DNA of 64,000 bases, from NCBI GenBank assembly GCA_965263355.1, contig CBDHHL010000032.1:256001-320000 (forward strand), given 5' to 3'. Position numbers and translations under genes: made by a program. This DNA is from Leptolyngbyaceae cyanobacterium (GTDB lineage Bacteria > Cyanobacteriota > Cyanobacteriia > Phormidesmidales > Phormidesmidaceae). The notes beneath the pieces are model-generated. The model did not search any database. It was not told the origin of the DNA and saw only the letters and a program-made list of their open reading frames with translations. Of this stretch, positions 29,402-38,602 are shown piece by piece (positions within the stretch are counted from its first letter, which is position 1; each line of letters begins with the position of its first letter).

Positions 29402-29666
29402 ACAAAATTCCTCACGTCTACTTGTCATGTTTATTAGGGCATTTAACCCTGGAACCTATGAAGACCGATCACCAGTATTTACTGGAACGCTTTCCCAACT
29501 CGAACCCATAGGTTAAGGATCAAGCATTGCAAAAAACCTATCCTCAACCCAAAAAATCAAAGCGAATTTAATCACTACCGGTAAAATATTGTTCCTCAGA
29601 CATTCCTAGCTAGTTAGGATTGCTACTCCTATCCTAAAAGACTCAGTGATAGCCTCAAGGGCTTTT

Positions 29667-29709
29667 GTATAAGAAATTACGGTTTTTCCATTCATTTCTT
29701 TTATATACT
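29667..29709 (+). promoter_or_regulatory. NtcA-type promoter (GTA-N8-TAC, 23 nt, -10 TATACT) upstream of the LysR fusion gene
   Basis: GTATAAGAAATTAC at 29667-29680; TATACT at 29704-29709. Confidence 0.65.
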
Positions 29710-29878
29710 CATAAAAGTTAGAAATAACAAAAAGTTAGACTCAAGTTTTTACCCGCTATCGTTCATAGCTAGAAGCCTAATCACCAGTGGAGTTCTAGTT
29801 GTCCTAATGCTGGGTAAAGAATCACCCGGAGTGTTTTAGGTAGCCATCAATTGTTGATTAGTTCGGTCACATTTTGCC

Positions 29879-31966
29879 GTGGAGTTTTATCAACTCAAAG
29901 TTTTTTTAGAGGTGGCTCGCCACCTGAGTTTTACTGAAGCAGCAGATGCATTAAATCTGACACAACCTGCTGTGAGTGCCAAGATTAAGGCTTTTGAAGC
30001 CGACTTAGAGGTCGATCTTTTCTATCGACTGGGGCGTAAGATCAAACTGACAGCGGTTGGCAATTATCTGCTAGACGAAGGGCCAAAGCTGTTGGATTTA
30101 GAAAGTCGTTTACTTAATGAGATCAGCGAGATAAAACGAGGTAAATTTAGCCGTTTACGAATCGGATGTACCACCAGTATTGCTAATGGTTGGTTACCTA
30201 AAATTCTATTTAGATATCGCCAGAAATACCCTGATATTGAACTCAACTGCTTACCCTTTGATACGGTTCAATGTCTGCATCAAGGCATAACAATGGGAGA
30301 TATTGACGTTGGGTTTTCTGAAACAAATCTTAGTGATTTCGATGAAATAGAATCGCTACCGATTGATTTTTTTCAATACCTCTTGATGGTGGCAGCGGAT
30401 CATCGGTTGGCCAACTGTAAATGGCTGAGCTTACAAGAACTCACGTCAGAATTTTGGGTCTTTCCCATGGCTGGAACATCGGAACGATTTGCCTTGGAGG
30501 GACGACTGGCAGAGCTAGGCATGCAACTCTCAGACTTTACCCACCGAGAATTTGTACAGACCCCAAGTTTACTCAGTACATTCTTAACCCACGGGCATTA
30601 TTTGGGCTTTGGATCAAGTTTGCAGCTACAAACAGAACGTCAGGCTAAGCTGGTAAAAGCCATTCCCTTACAGGAATTCGCCCTAGATTATCGGCTGTTT
30701 TTGCTATTGCCGAAGCAGCTTTCAAAGGCGCTTCAACGTCAGTCCCACAAGCGGGGGGCTGATAAGCGGGGGGCTGAAACAGTATCGATTGAACCCCTAC
30801 AGCAGTTTATTAGTCTTGTTTCTGAGGAATCTAAGCGCAGTCAACGCCTCAAAAGAATATCCCCCACCCCCACCAAAGCATCCCCATCAATATCCTCAAG
30901 TTCTCCTGGTTTATCGGTTTCCCAGACAGCTGGAACAATCCATTTACAATCCCCAAATCTCTCCGTTCGGCGGTCTAAGTCAGCGCCCTTAGAGACATTG
31001 ACAGTGACCATCGGCACTCAAAATAAGACCATCCAAACAGTGACTGCGGGGACAATCATTCAACGCTTAGGACTGCTGGAGCATTTTCTACCTCGGGATG
31101 GTCAGTACAATAAAACTGACTATCAAATTAACTGGCGTGATTTTACCTCAGGCGCGCCGATTGCCGCAGGGTTACAGGCTCAAGAGCTAGATATTGGCAT
31201 TTTAGGCGACTATCCTCTATTACTCAGTGGTATAACTGCGAATGATGAAACGGCATCTTCAACTAAAACCAGGTTAGTGAGCTTTGTTGCCAGTAACCCC
31301 GATGGTACTGGTAATACAATTATTGTCCCTGGCCGTTCATCTCTCAGTAGCTTGGATGATTTACGCCATCGAGTCATTGCCGTTCCGTTTGCGTCCTCAG
31401 CCCATGGCATGGTGATGCGTACACTTTTTCAGGCAAATCTATTACATGAGGTGACGCTAACGTCTATTGAAAATCTGAATATTGATCGGCTCACTCCACG
31501 AAATGACCCAGCCGATGGCTATGCCTATTTCTCCCCCTTGCATGAGATCGCTAGTCACCATGGTCGATTTCGGCCCTTATTGGACACCCCTGACTTGACT
31601 GGGCTGCCAACGTTCCACGGCATTGTTGTCAGGGAAGACTTTGCTGACCAGCATCCAGAGTTAGTGATTGCCTACCTCAAGGCGTTAATTGCTGCTCAAC
31701 ATTGGTATATGACAACACCCAGGGCCCTATCCCTAGTCAGTAATTGGGCTAAGTTAGATCCTGATATTGTTTCTAAAACGCTAGATTATCGTCAACAATC
31801 CAGTCGCTCTGGTTTGTTTTTCCCAGAAACACAAATTCGCATGGATTGGATTATGGATCATATCCAACAGCTTAAGATTATTCCAGGTAATGAAAAACTT
31901 AATGGCATCGACATGGATACCTGGATACAACCTGAGTTTTTGGAAACAGCTATGAATTCTTTTTAA
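29879..31966 (+). CDS. LysR-family regulator fused to a C-terminal ABC substrate-binding-protein domain
   Basis: LSFTEAADALNLTQPAVS HTH plus LysR effector domain; Ser/Pro linker; C-terminal half paralogous to the SBP at 33910-35496. Confidence 0.9.
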   Translation: MEFYQLKVFLEVARHLSFTEAADALNLTQPAVSAKIKAFEADLEVDLFYRLGRKIKLTAVGNYLLDEGPKLLDLESRLLNEISEIKRGKFSRLRIGCTTSIANGWLPKILFRYRQKYPDIELNCLPFDTVQCLHQGITMGDIDVGFSETNLSDFDEIESLPIDFFQYLLMVAADHRLANCKWLSLQELTSEFWVFPMAGTSERFALEGRLAELGMQLSDFTHREFVQTPSLLSTFLTHGHYLGFGSSLQLQTERQAKLVKAIPLQEFALDYRLFLLLPKQLSKALQRQSHKRGADKRGAETVSIEPLQQFISLVSEESKRSQRLKRISPTPTKASPSISSSSPGLSVSQTAGTIHLQSPNLSVRRSKSAPLETLTVTIGTQNKTIQTVTAGTIIQRLGLLEHFLPRDGQYNKTDYQINWRDFTSGAPIAAGLQAQELDIGILGDYPLLLSGITANDETASSTKTRLVSFVASNPDGTGNTIIVPGRSSLSSLDDLRHRVIAVPFASSAHGMVMRTLFQANLLHEVTLTSIENLNIDRLTPRNDPADGYAYFSPLHEIASHHGRFRPLLDTPDLTGLPTFHGIVVREDFADQHPELVIAYLKALIAAQHWYMTTPRALSLVSNWAKLDPDIVSKTLDYRQQSSRSGLFFPETQIRMDWIMDHIQQLKIIPGNEKLNGIDMDTWIQPEFLETAMNSF

Positions 31967-32790
31967 TTGGTTTCCATCCCCTTTAAGGTTTCTTCTCGAA
32001 TCAGCTCAAATACCTCACGATTGAGCTGTGTGAATTCAGGTGTGAGCATATCGTCCACATGGCGGGGTCTGGTGAGAGGGATATCTAATTCCGCTTTGAT
32101 CCGACCTGGCTGTACCCCCATGACAAAAATGCGATCGCCTAAAAAGACCGCCTCTTCAATATCATGGGTCACAAAAATAACCGTTGTTTTCAACGTACTC
32201 CAAATATTCAGTAACAGCTCTTGCATCATGTGTCGAGTTTGGGCATCTAAAGCGGCAAAGGGCTCATCCATTAGCAACACCGATGGTGAGTTTACCAGGG
32301 CTCTGACAATACTTGCCCGTTGTTGCATACCGCCAGAAAGCTGATTAGGATAGGCATTGCGATACTTACCCAATCCCACCAAGTTCAGGTATTCTCCCAC
32401 CATATCCTGACGTTCCGCCTTAGGAATGCCTTTGATTTTGAGCCCAAATTCGACATTTTGGTAAGTGGTCTTCCAGGGCAGTAAAGAATATTGCTGAAAG
32501 ACAAACCCCCGATCAGCACCTGGCTTTTTCACATGATGCTGATCGACCATGACATAGCCTGCCGTGGGCTTGATAAAGCCTGCAATAATATTCAAAAGTG
32601 TGGATTTACCACATCCCGAGGGTCCCAAAAGACAGACAAGTTCTCCAGGTTTAATCTGTAAATTAACCGAATCTAGAACCTGGGTAGACTGGCCACGCCG
32701 GGTAAAGGTCATGGAAATACCTTCTACGTTAACCGCCCCCTTGGAGTTAGCCTCTGTCTTGGTGGGTACTGTCAATGTTTCTTGGATCAT
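31963..32790 (-). CDS. Nitrate/sulfonate-type ABC ATP-binding protein
   Basis: GPSGCGKST, LSGGMQQR, LMDEPFAALD. Confidence 0.95.
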   Translation of the reverse strand: MIQETLTVPTKTEANSKGAVNVEGISMTFTRRGQSTQVLDSVNLQIKPGELVCLLGPSGCGKSTLLNIIAGFIKPTAGYVMVDQHHVKKPGADRGFVFQQYSLLPWKTTYQNVEFGLKIKGIPKAERQDMVGEYLNLVGLGKYRNAYPNQLSGGMQQRASIVRALVNSPSVLLMDEPFAALDAQTRHMMQELLLNIWSTLKTTVIFVTHDIEEAVFLGDRIFVMGVQPGRIKAELDIPLTRPRHVDDMLTPEFTQLNREVFELIREETLKGMETN

Positions 32791-32798
32791 GGCTCCTA

Positions 32799-33662
32799 CT
32801 ATGCATCCTGTTTTTTAATCACACGCCAGGGCATTAACGCCGCTGTACCGCGTCCAACCGCCCAGGAACTAATGGCCCCCATTAACCCAATCAACAACAT
32901 TCCCATAACAATGGGAGGATAGTTGGAGGTCACATAGGACTCCCAGGTGATGTAACCGACACCATATCGGCCAGCCAAAATTTCGGCTGTGACCAGACAA
33001 AACCAGGCATTGCCCATGCCAATAGTGAGGCCACTGGCGATGCCGGGTAACGCACCAGGGATAACAATATCCTTAAAGACATGCCATTGATTGGCCCCTA
33101 GACATTGACCCACCCGAATTAGCACAATATCGTGCAGTATATTTTCAACGGCACGAATGGTACTAATTAAAACCGGAAAGAATGCTCCAATAAAGGTGAT
33201 ATAAATCATCCCTGTTTCGGCATTGGGAAACATCAAAATTGCTAGTGGAATCCATGCTACAGCAGGAATGGGCCTCAACAATTCTAAGGCTGGCATTAAT
33301 AGATCTTCGGCAATTTGAAACCATCCAATAATGATACCTAGGACAACGCCCAACACTGAGGCAACAGCAAATCCCACCAGTACCCGCACTATACTAGAGC
33401 GAAAATGGACCCATGGATCACTGGTAAAAAATTCAACGGTCGCTTCCATGACTTCCCATGGTGATGGAATGAGTTGAAAGTTAATAAAGAACTTAAACCC
33501 AATGACACATAGGATCTGCCAGATACCAAAAAACAGGACCAGGGCAATCAATCGCCTAAGCGAACGACCGGTGAACAAGAACGTTTTCAACGTTTGGGAT
33601 AACCCCGCAATTGGGCTGGAACTAGATATTCGAGCCCGAGATTGGGGAAGGGTGCTGGCCAT
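32799..33662 (-). CDS. Nitrate/sulfonate-type ABC permease
   Basis: RPIPAVAWIP, IPGALPGI, WFCLVTAE. Confidence 0.93.
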   Translation of the reverse strand: MASTLPQSRARISSSSPIAGLSQTLKTFLFTGRSLRRLIALVLFFGIWQILCVIGFKFFINFQLIPSPWEVMEATVEFFTSDPWVHFRSSIVRVLVGFAVASVLGVVLGIIIGWFQIAEDLLMPALELLRPIPAVAWIPLAILMFPNAETGMIYITFIGAFFPVLISTIRAVENILHDIVLIRVGQCLGANQWHVFKDIVIPGALPGIASGLTIGMGNAWFCLVTAEILAGRYGVGYITWESYVTSNYPPIVMGMLLIGLMGAISSWAVGRGTAALMPWRVIKKQDA

Positions 33663-33724
33663 GGTGGAAAACTAGATAACATCATAGGGGGGCACAACTT
33701 AACGCGAGACAATTTCTCCAATAC

Positions 33725-33815
33725 AGAAGTCGGAATATTCTGCGAGAAGAGCAAAGCTCTACGGAGTTCGGAAGGCGAGCCTCCTCTGACTTCCTAACTC
33801 CGACTTCCGACTTCT
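33725..33815. repeat. Composite hairpin of GAAGTCG-type heptamer repeats between SBP and permease
   Basis: AGAAGTCGGAA (33725) and TTCCGACTTCT (33805) inverted; same heptamer as 43664-43705. Confidence 0.65.
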
Positions 33816-33909
33816 AACCTGGCCAAGATTTCCCGACTAAAGTTGATGCCCAATACAAGCCTTGCCCCTACAGAAGCAATGGCCAGACAGGTAAATAGAC
33901 AGACTTTTT

Positions 33910-35496
33910 CTAGCCTGCTAATGCTGGCACAGCATCCACCATAGCCTGACGTAGATCCTCTAGAGTTAAGCGGCTAATTCGAGCGGGTTGAGGGCCATGG
34001 GCATAGGTCTGCAACAGACTCTTAAACGTCGTTACCTGACCACCTGATTCAGAGGCAAACTTCTGTGCATCAGCCTCTAACAAAAAGGCAGAGACTTCAT
34101 CTCCCTTTTTAACATAATAAGAGTTCTCAGCAAATAGTTTCCAACCCTTATTACGGTCATGGACAAAAATTACATCGGCCGCCTTACCATCGGTCTGTAG
34201 CTCATTGAGCTTCTTGATCATATTGGGAATGGTGGCAAAGTCAGTCACCGTAGGTTCTTCTTGAATCCACAGTTGAGCCGCCATCTTAGGCTCTTCAATC
34301 GGTTCATTGGTGAGGGCGTCATTACCAGTAATCACATAGTTCTCACCGGCTTCAATCACTTCGTCATAGTTTAACCCCATGTTATCCATGGCAGTTTTCA
34401 AGAAGCTCTCGTCCACCCACTGAGTAACGTCTTCAGGGTTAACGGGCGATTCAATCTTACCTAGACTAATCAGCGTGGCAATACTGTTTTTCAGGGCTTC
34501 TAACTGGATGTCGCCAATGCTGGGGTTAATGGGTTGTAGACCGGAAGGTCCGAGAAACATGTAAACCACTTCTTTCTCGATACCTGACCATTCTTCGATT
34601 TTGGCAGAGATTTCTTCGGGTTCTTCCTGAAATGTTTGGTTGGCTTCAAGCATAGCCTGCAGGTAAGCTTGAACAATTTCCGGATGTTCTGCAGCAAAAT
34701 CAGACCGAACAACAATGCCATGTAGTGTAGGCACGCCGGTTTGTGCCCCGTCAAAAATCTTTTTCGCAAAGCCCCGGAAGGGGAAGAGTTCTCCAAAGGG
34801 AACAAAGTCAGCATGGGCATCGATTTGGCCCGTACGAAGACTGGTTCCACCCACTTCAGGTGCTTGACTAATGAGTTTCACATCGGTCTCTGGGTCAATG
34901 CCATTATCGCTTAACGCTTTGAGCACCATCCCGTGGGCGGCAGACCCAAAGGGCACAGACACTGAGCCGCCCTTTAAATCAGCTAGGGAGGTGACATCAC
35001 TGTCTTTGGGCACAACAACAGCGTTGCCAGCTCCATTGGGACTGTAGGCCAGGGTACCAATAAATGTGGAGGTAACATCGCCTGCTTCTTCCTGGAATTT
35101 GATCAAATTAATCACTGCTGGGAAATCTCCCATCAAGCCTATATCAATCTGATCAGCGAGCATTTTATTAGTAATCGGTGGCCCCGATGTATAGCTAGAC
35201 CACTGAATATCATACTCTACACCTTCGTATTTGCCTGTTGTGGGCAGATGTTTTTCTAACAATCCTAATTCTCGTACGGTGGCACCTCCAACGGCTGTAT
35301 TGATTACCTGATCCTGGGTACCGATGGAGATCCGGATAACCTCTCCGTTTCCAGAGGAGGCACTGGCTGTATCAGTGGACCCGTCAGCAGTCTCACTGCC
35401 AGAAGGGGGGGCAGAACAAGAGGCAATAAAAATTGCAGAAACTGTGAGAGCACAAGAGAGAGAAAGTCTTCTAAGCCAAGAATAATGAGACTTCAT
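33910..35496 (-). CDS. ABC substrate-binding lipoprotein (NrtA/SsuA-like) with C-terminal extension
   Basis: IASC lipobox, IGTQDQVINT, TSGPP, MGDFP, VPFGSAAHG, HADFVPF; start at 35496 or 35526. Confidence 0.9.
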   Translation of the reverse strand: MKSHYSWLRRLSLSCALTVSAIFIASCSAPPSGSETADGSTDTASASSGNGEVIRISIGTQDQVINTAVGGATVRELGLLEKHLPTTGKYEGVEYDIQWSSYTSGPPITNKMLADQIDIGLMGDFPAVINLIKFQEEAGDVTSTFIGTLAYSPNGAGNAVVVPKDSDVTSLADLKGGSVSVPFGSAAHGMVLKALSDNGIDPETDVKLISQAPEVGGTSLRTGQIDAHADFVPFGELFPFRGFAKKIFDGAQTGVPTLHGIVVRSDFAAEHPEIVQAYLQAMLEANQTFQEEPEEISAKIEEWSGIEKEVVYMFLGPSGLQPINPSIGDIQLEALKNSIATLISLGKIESPVNPEDVTQWVDESFLKTAMDNMGLNYDEVIEAGENYVITGNDALTNEPIEEPKMAAQLWIQEEPTVTDFATIPNMIKKLNELQTDGKAADVIFVHDRNKGWKLFAENSYYVKKGDEVSAFLLEADAQKFASESGGQVTTFKSLLQTYAHGPQPARISRLTLEDLRQAMVDAVPALAG

Positions 35497-35548
35497 AGCG
35501 AGGGCACTCCGATCAATTTGCTCCATTTAATCGGTAGGAGAAAGGGGT

Positions 35549-35570
35549 ATCTGTAAATAGAGATACAGAT
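35549..35570. promoter_or_regulatory. NtcA-type box upstream of the importer operon
   Basis: ATCTGTA-AATAGAGA-TACAGAT: GTA-N8-TAC within a perfect 7-bp inverted repeat. Confidence 0.7.
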
Positions 35571-35659
35571 GCTTTGTTGGTGCTCTCTAGGGTAATAAGG
35601 ATTTTGATTAGACTTATAGATATCTTTTATTCATAGTCCACCAGACAGCGATCAGCTGC

Positions 35660-36040
35660 TTAAATTTCCCAGGCTAAAAAGCCAGCAATCTGACTGGCCA
35701 GGATGTTAGGGTCAAAGGGTTTGGTAATTACTCCAGATGCCCCGGCTTCGTATAGCCGCCGCCGATCTGAGGCCTGGGCTTTGGCGGTTAGAAAAATGAT
35801 CGGAATATGAACGGTGGTAGCATTTTCCTTTAGAGCAGCTATGGTGGCTAACCCGTCCATACCAGGCATGGCGACGTCTAGAAGGATGGCGTCGGGCATG
35901 GTTGCGATCGCAACCTCCAGCCCCTCCTCCCCTGAATTCGCCGTTATCACCTGCCAGTCAGTATTCAAGGTCAGGCCGATCCGAGCAACGGTCTGAATGT
36001 CAGTTTCATCATCAATCAGTAAAATCTGTCGGCGGGTCAT
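35660..36040 (-). CDS. Single-domain response regulator
   Basis: LLIDDE, LLDVAMP, FLTAKA, KPF. Confidence 0.95.
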   Translation of the reverse strand: MTRRQILLIDDETDIQTVARIGLTLNTDWQVITANSGEEGLEVAIATMPDAILLDVAMPGMDGLATIAALKENATTVHIPIIFLTAKAQASDRRRLYEAGASGVITKPFDPNILASQIAGFLAWEI

Positions 36041-37962
36041 GATGGCTTATCTTGGATAGATGGCTTAGGCAACGTAAAACAAAATGTACTCCCCTGGCCA
36101 TGGACACTTGTCACCCAGATCCGACCATCGTGGTGCTGAACAATTTCACGACAAATGGCTAGCCCTAATCCAGTTCCCCCATGCTTACGAGTATCGGACG
36201 CATCCACCTGTTGAAACCGCTCAAAAATGGTTTCCAGTTTATCCTCAGGAATCCCACGCCCCTGGTCAATCACCTTAAATAAAACCTGGTGGGGTTGTTC
36301 CACAGCTTTGAGTAATACCGTTTCATCTCGGGGAGAAAACTTAATCGCATTACTCAAAAGGTTGGTCAAGGTTTGTTCGATGTGATCTGGGTCAGCGTAG
36401 ATGTAGGTATCAACGGGAATAATCTGCACCGTTACCCCCTGGGCCTGGGCCATGGGTCGCATCGCCTGGGCCGCCTGTTCTAACAAATCTGTCACCTGGC
36501 AGCGCACCTTAAGCATTTTGATCCGACCGGACTCAATGCGCTCCAGGTCAAGTACATCGTTGATCAGACGAGTCAGTCGCTCAGTATTATTCAGAGCAAT
36601 TTCCAGCAGTTCTTGCCCCTGGGGTGCTAACTGGCCTAGTTTTCCGGTGGTTAATAACTTGAGTGCACCGTGGATTGACGTAAGGGGTGTACGTAATTCA
36701 TGACTTACCACTGACACAAATTCATTTTTAAGTTGGTCGGCGGCCTTGTGGGCACTGATGTCTTGGGTTAATGCAAAGCAACCCCGCACCTGCCCCGCTT
36801 GAATATCCGGTTGATAAGAAATGCTAACCCAATGGTAAGGACGATCTCTATCGGGAAATTCGGCCTCAAAGAAAACACTCTGGCCAGCCAGCGCCTGTTG
36901 TAAATAGGGCTGAATCGTATTGTAAATATCGGGTCCGAGGGCGGTGGACAGCGATTGGCCCTCAAGGGATTTGTAAGGTACGCCCAACCATGTTTCATAG
37001 GCACGGTTATTAAAGCGATAGCATTCATCCGCATCGATATAGGCAATCAGGACTGGCAATGCATTCGTGGTAGTGCGCAACTGTTCTTCACTGCGACGAA
37101 TGGCGGCTTCTGCTTGCAAGCGTTCAGTAATGTCCTGCAGCATGACAGTAAACCAAAGACCATCCTTGGTTTTACTTTTAGAAATGGAAGCTTCGGCTGG
37201 AAAAATCTCTCCATTTTTACGACGACCGCTGACCTCTCTTCTACGCTTACCCATACGACGAAAAGACGCTAACGATTGACCAAACGTCGTCACATGGTGA
37301 CGGTGAATGGAGCGCAAGGCCTCCGGTAATAGCAGGTCAAGCGATTGACCAACCGCTTCGGCGGCAGTATAGCCAAATATTTGTTCAGCGGCTTGGTTAT
37401 AGAGGCGAATCTTCTGTTGCTGATCAATACAGATAATGGCTTCCCCAGCCAGCTCAAAAATATTTGCCAGGGTTTGTTGATTATCCAGTAAAGCGATCTG
37501 AGTTTGAGTTTGTTTGTTCAGGGTATCGACCGTATCTAAAACCGATTTTGAAAAATCACGCTCCTGCAGCAACGACTGTTCGACGTGTCGCTGCTCAGTA
37601 ATATCAGTGGCCGCTGCATAGATCAGACGATTGTGGGCTAGCGCATTCCATACTAAATAGAGGTAGCCACCATGGCTACAACGATAGCGATTTTCAAAGG
37701 TGATACTGCCGTCTTCCTTGAGCAGTTTAGCGATCGCAGCCTGGGAGCTTGACTGATCTTCTGGATGCACAAAGTCAATAAACGGTTGGGTAATCAGGGT
37801 TGCCCTAGCATGACCCAACACATTAGAAAACTGAGGCGTCACTTGCTGAAAACAGCCATCAAAATCAATGATGCATAACAGGCTAGGGGTAACTGCCAGC
37901 AATAGCTCTAAGTTTTGCCCGATCAATGGTGGATTCACTGGATGATGCTCAGAGCTAACCAT
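36037..37962 (-). CDS. Multi-PAS cytoplasmic histidine kinase
   Basis: Three PAS domains, SHELRTPL, NLLSNAIKF, GGTGLGL. Confidence 0.93.
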   Translation of the reverse strand: MVSSEHHPVNPPLIGQNLELLLAVTPSLLCIIDFDGCFQQVTPQFSNVLGHARATLITQPFIDFVHPEDQSSSQAAIAKLLKEDGSITFENRYRCSHGGYLYLVWNALAHNRLIYAAATDITEQRHVEQSLLQERDFSKSVLDTVDTLNKQTQTQIALLDNQQTLANIFELAGEAIICIDQQQKIRLYNQAAEQIFGYTAAEAVGQSLDLLLPEALRSIHRHHVTTFGQSLASFRRMGKRRREVSGRRKNGEIFPAEASISKSKTKDGLWFTVMLQDITERLQAEAAIRRSEEQLRTTTNALPVLIAYIDADECYRFNNRAYETWLGVPYKSLEGQSLSTALGPDIYNTIQPYLQQALAGQSVFFEAEFPDRDRPYHWVSISYQPDIQAGQVRGCFALTQDISAHKAADQLKNEFVSVVSHELRTPLTSIHGALKLLTTGKLGQLAPQGQELLEIALNNTERLTRLINDVLDLERIESGRIKMLKVRCQVTDLLEQAAQAMRPMAQAQGVTVQIIPVDTYIYADPDHIEQTLTNLLSNAIKFSPRDETVLLKAVEQPHQVLFKVIDQGRGIPEDKLETIFERFQQVDASDTRKHGGTGLGLAICREIVQHHDGRIWVTSVHGQGSTFCFTLPKPSIQDKPS

Positions 37963-38156
37963 AGCATCTTAAATTAGCGATGAAAATTCTCTGTGCTTAT
38001 CCTAACAATGGCTATCAGGCAATGGGCAGTGGGCAGTCGGCGGTATGTCCGATAGTCCATAGGCTTATTTTTTTAAGAAAAGACTATTGGCTTCCATGAT
38101 CCTCACATTTTCTTCAGATTTTTACCGTAGGGTATGAGTATTAGTAGGCCAGGTCA

Positions 38157-38546
38157 ATGCAGTATCTCTACAGTTTTGCAAATGTGAGTCTAATCCTTAG
38201 GGTAATGGACCGCATATCTCAGATGCCCCATCTGTCGTTAAAGTCCCTGACGGTTGTTTATTTAGTCGATCGTTGGGTGATGCGCTTAAATCTCAAACAT
38301 GCCTTAAATGTTTCTACCGAGAAAAGTTTAATTGCTTTTTTCATGGAGAATGGCATGCCCCATCATCCATCTATGCAGTTGCGCAACGCCTTTAGAGCGT
38401 TAGATCAGGAACAAACACCCACCCAAGTTATGAATCAGTACCAGGTGGTGGTGGTTTCCCATGGTTTACCTGATCCAACCGAGCTACACGAATTTTGCGC
38501 CCGTTTTGTTGAGGGGTTGGGCTATTATCCGCCCAGTCTGGTGTAG
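38157..38546 (+). CDS. Conserved cyanobacterial hypothetical protein
   Basis: 129-aa ORF, YLYSFANVSLILRV...VVVSHG...LGYYP. Confidence 0.65.
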   Translation: MQYLYSFANVSLILRVMDRISQMPHLSLKSLTVVYLVDRWVMRLNLKHALNVSTEKSLIAFFMENGMPHHPSMQLRNAFRALDQEQTPTQVMNQYQVVVVSHGLPDPTELHEFCARFVEGLGYYPPSLV

Positions 38547-38589
38547 TAGGGGCACCCCTTGTGGGTGCCCTATTCCCTTGTGGGTGCCT
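38546..38589. repeat. GTAG-type REP hairpin between convergent genes
   Basis: GTAGGGGCACCCC-TTGT-GGGTGCCCTA plus a partial second copy; related CCCCTACA ends at about 23685 and 33870. Confidence 0.65.
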
Positions 38590-38602
38590 TATCCTAATGC
38601 CC

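Noticed and set aside
27698..29428. Respiratory sdhA/frdA, nadB or dissimilatory aprA
   Set aside because: No SdhB/C/D, Nad, Sat or Qmo context; the HEAT and ABC neighbourhood marks a separate subfamily
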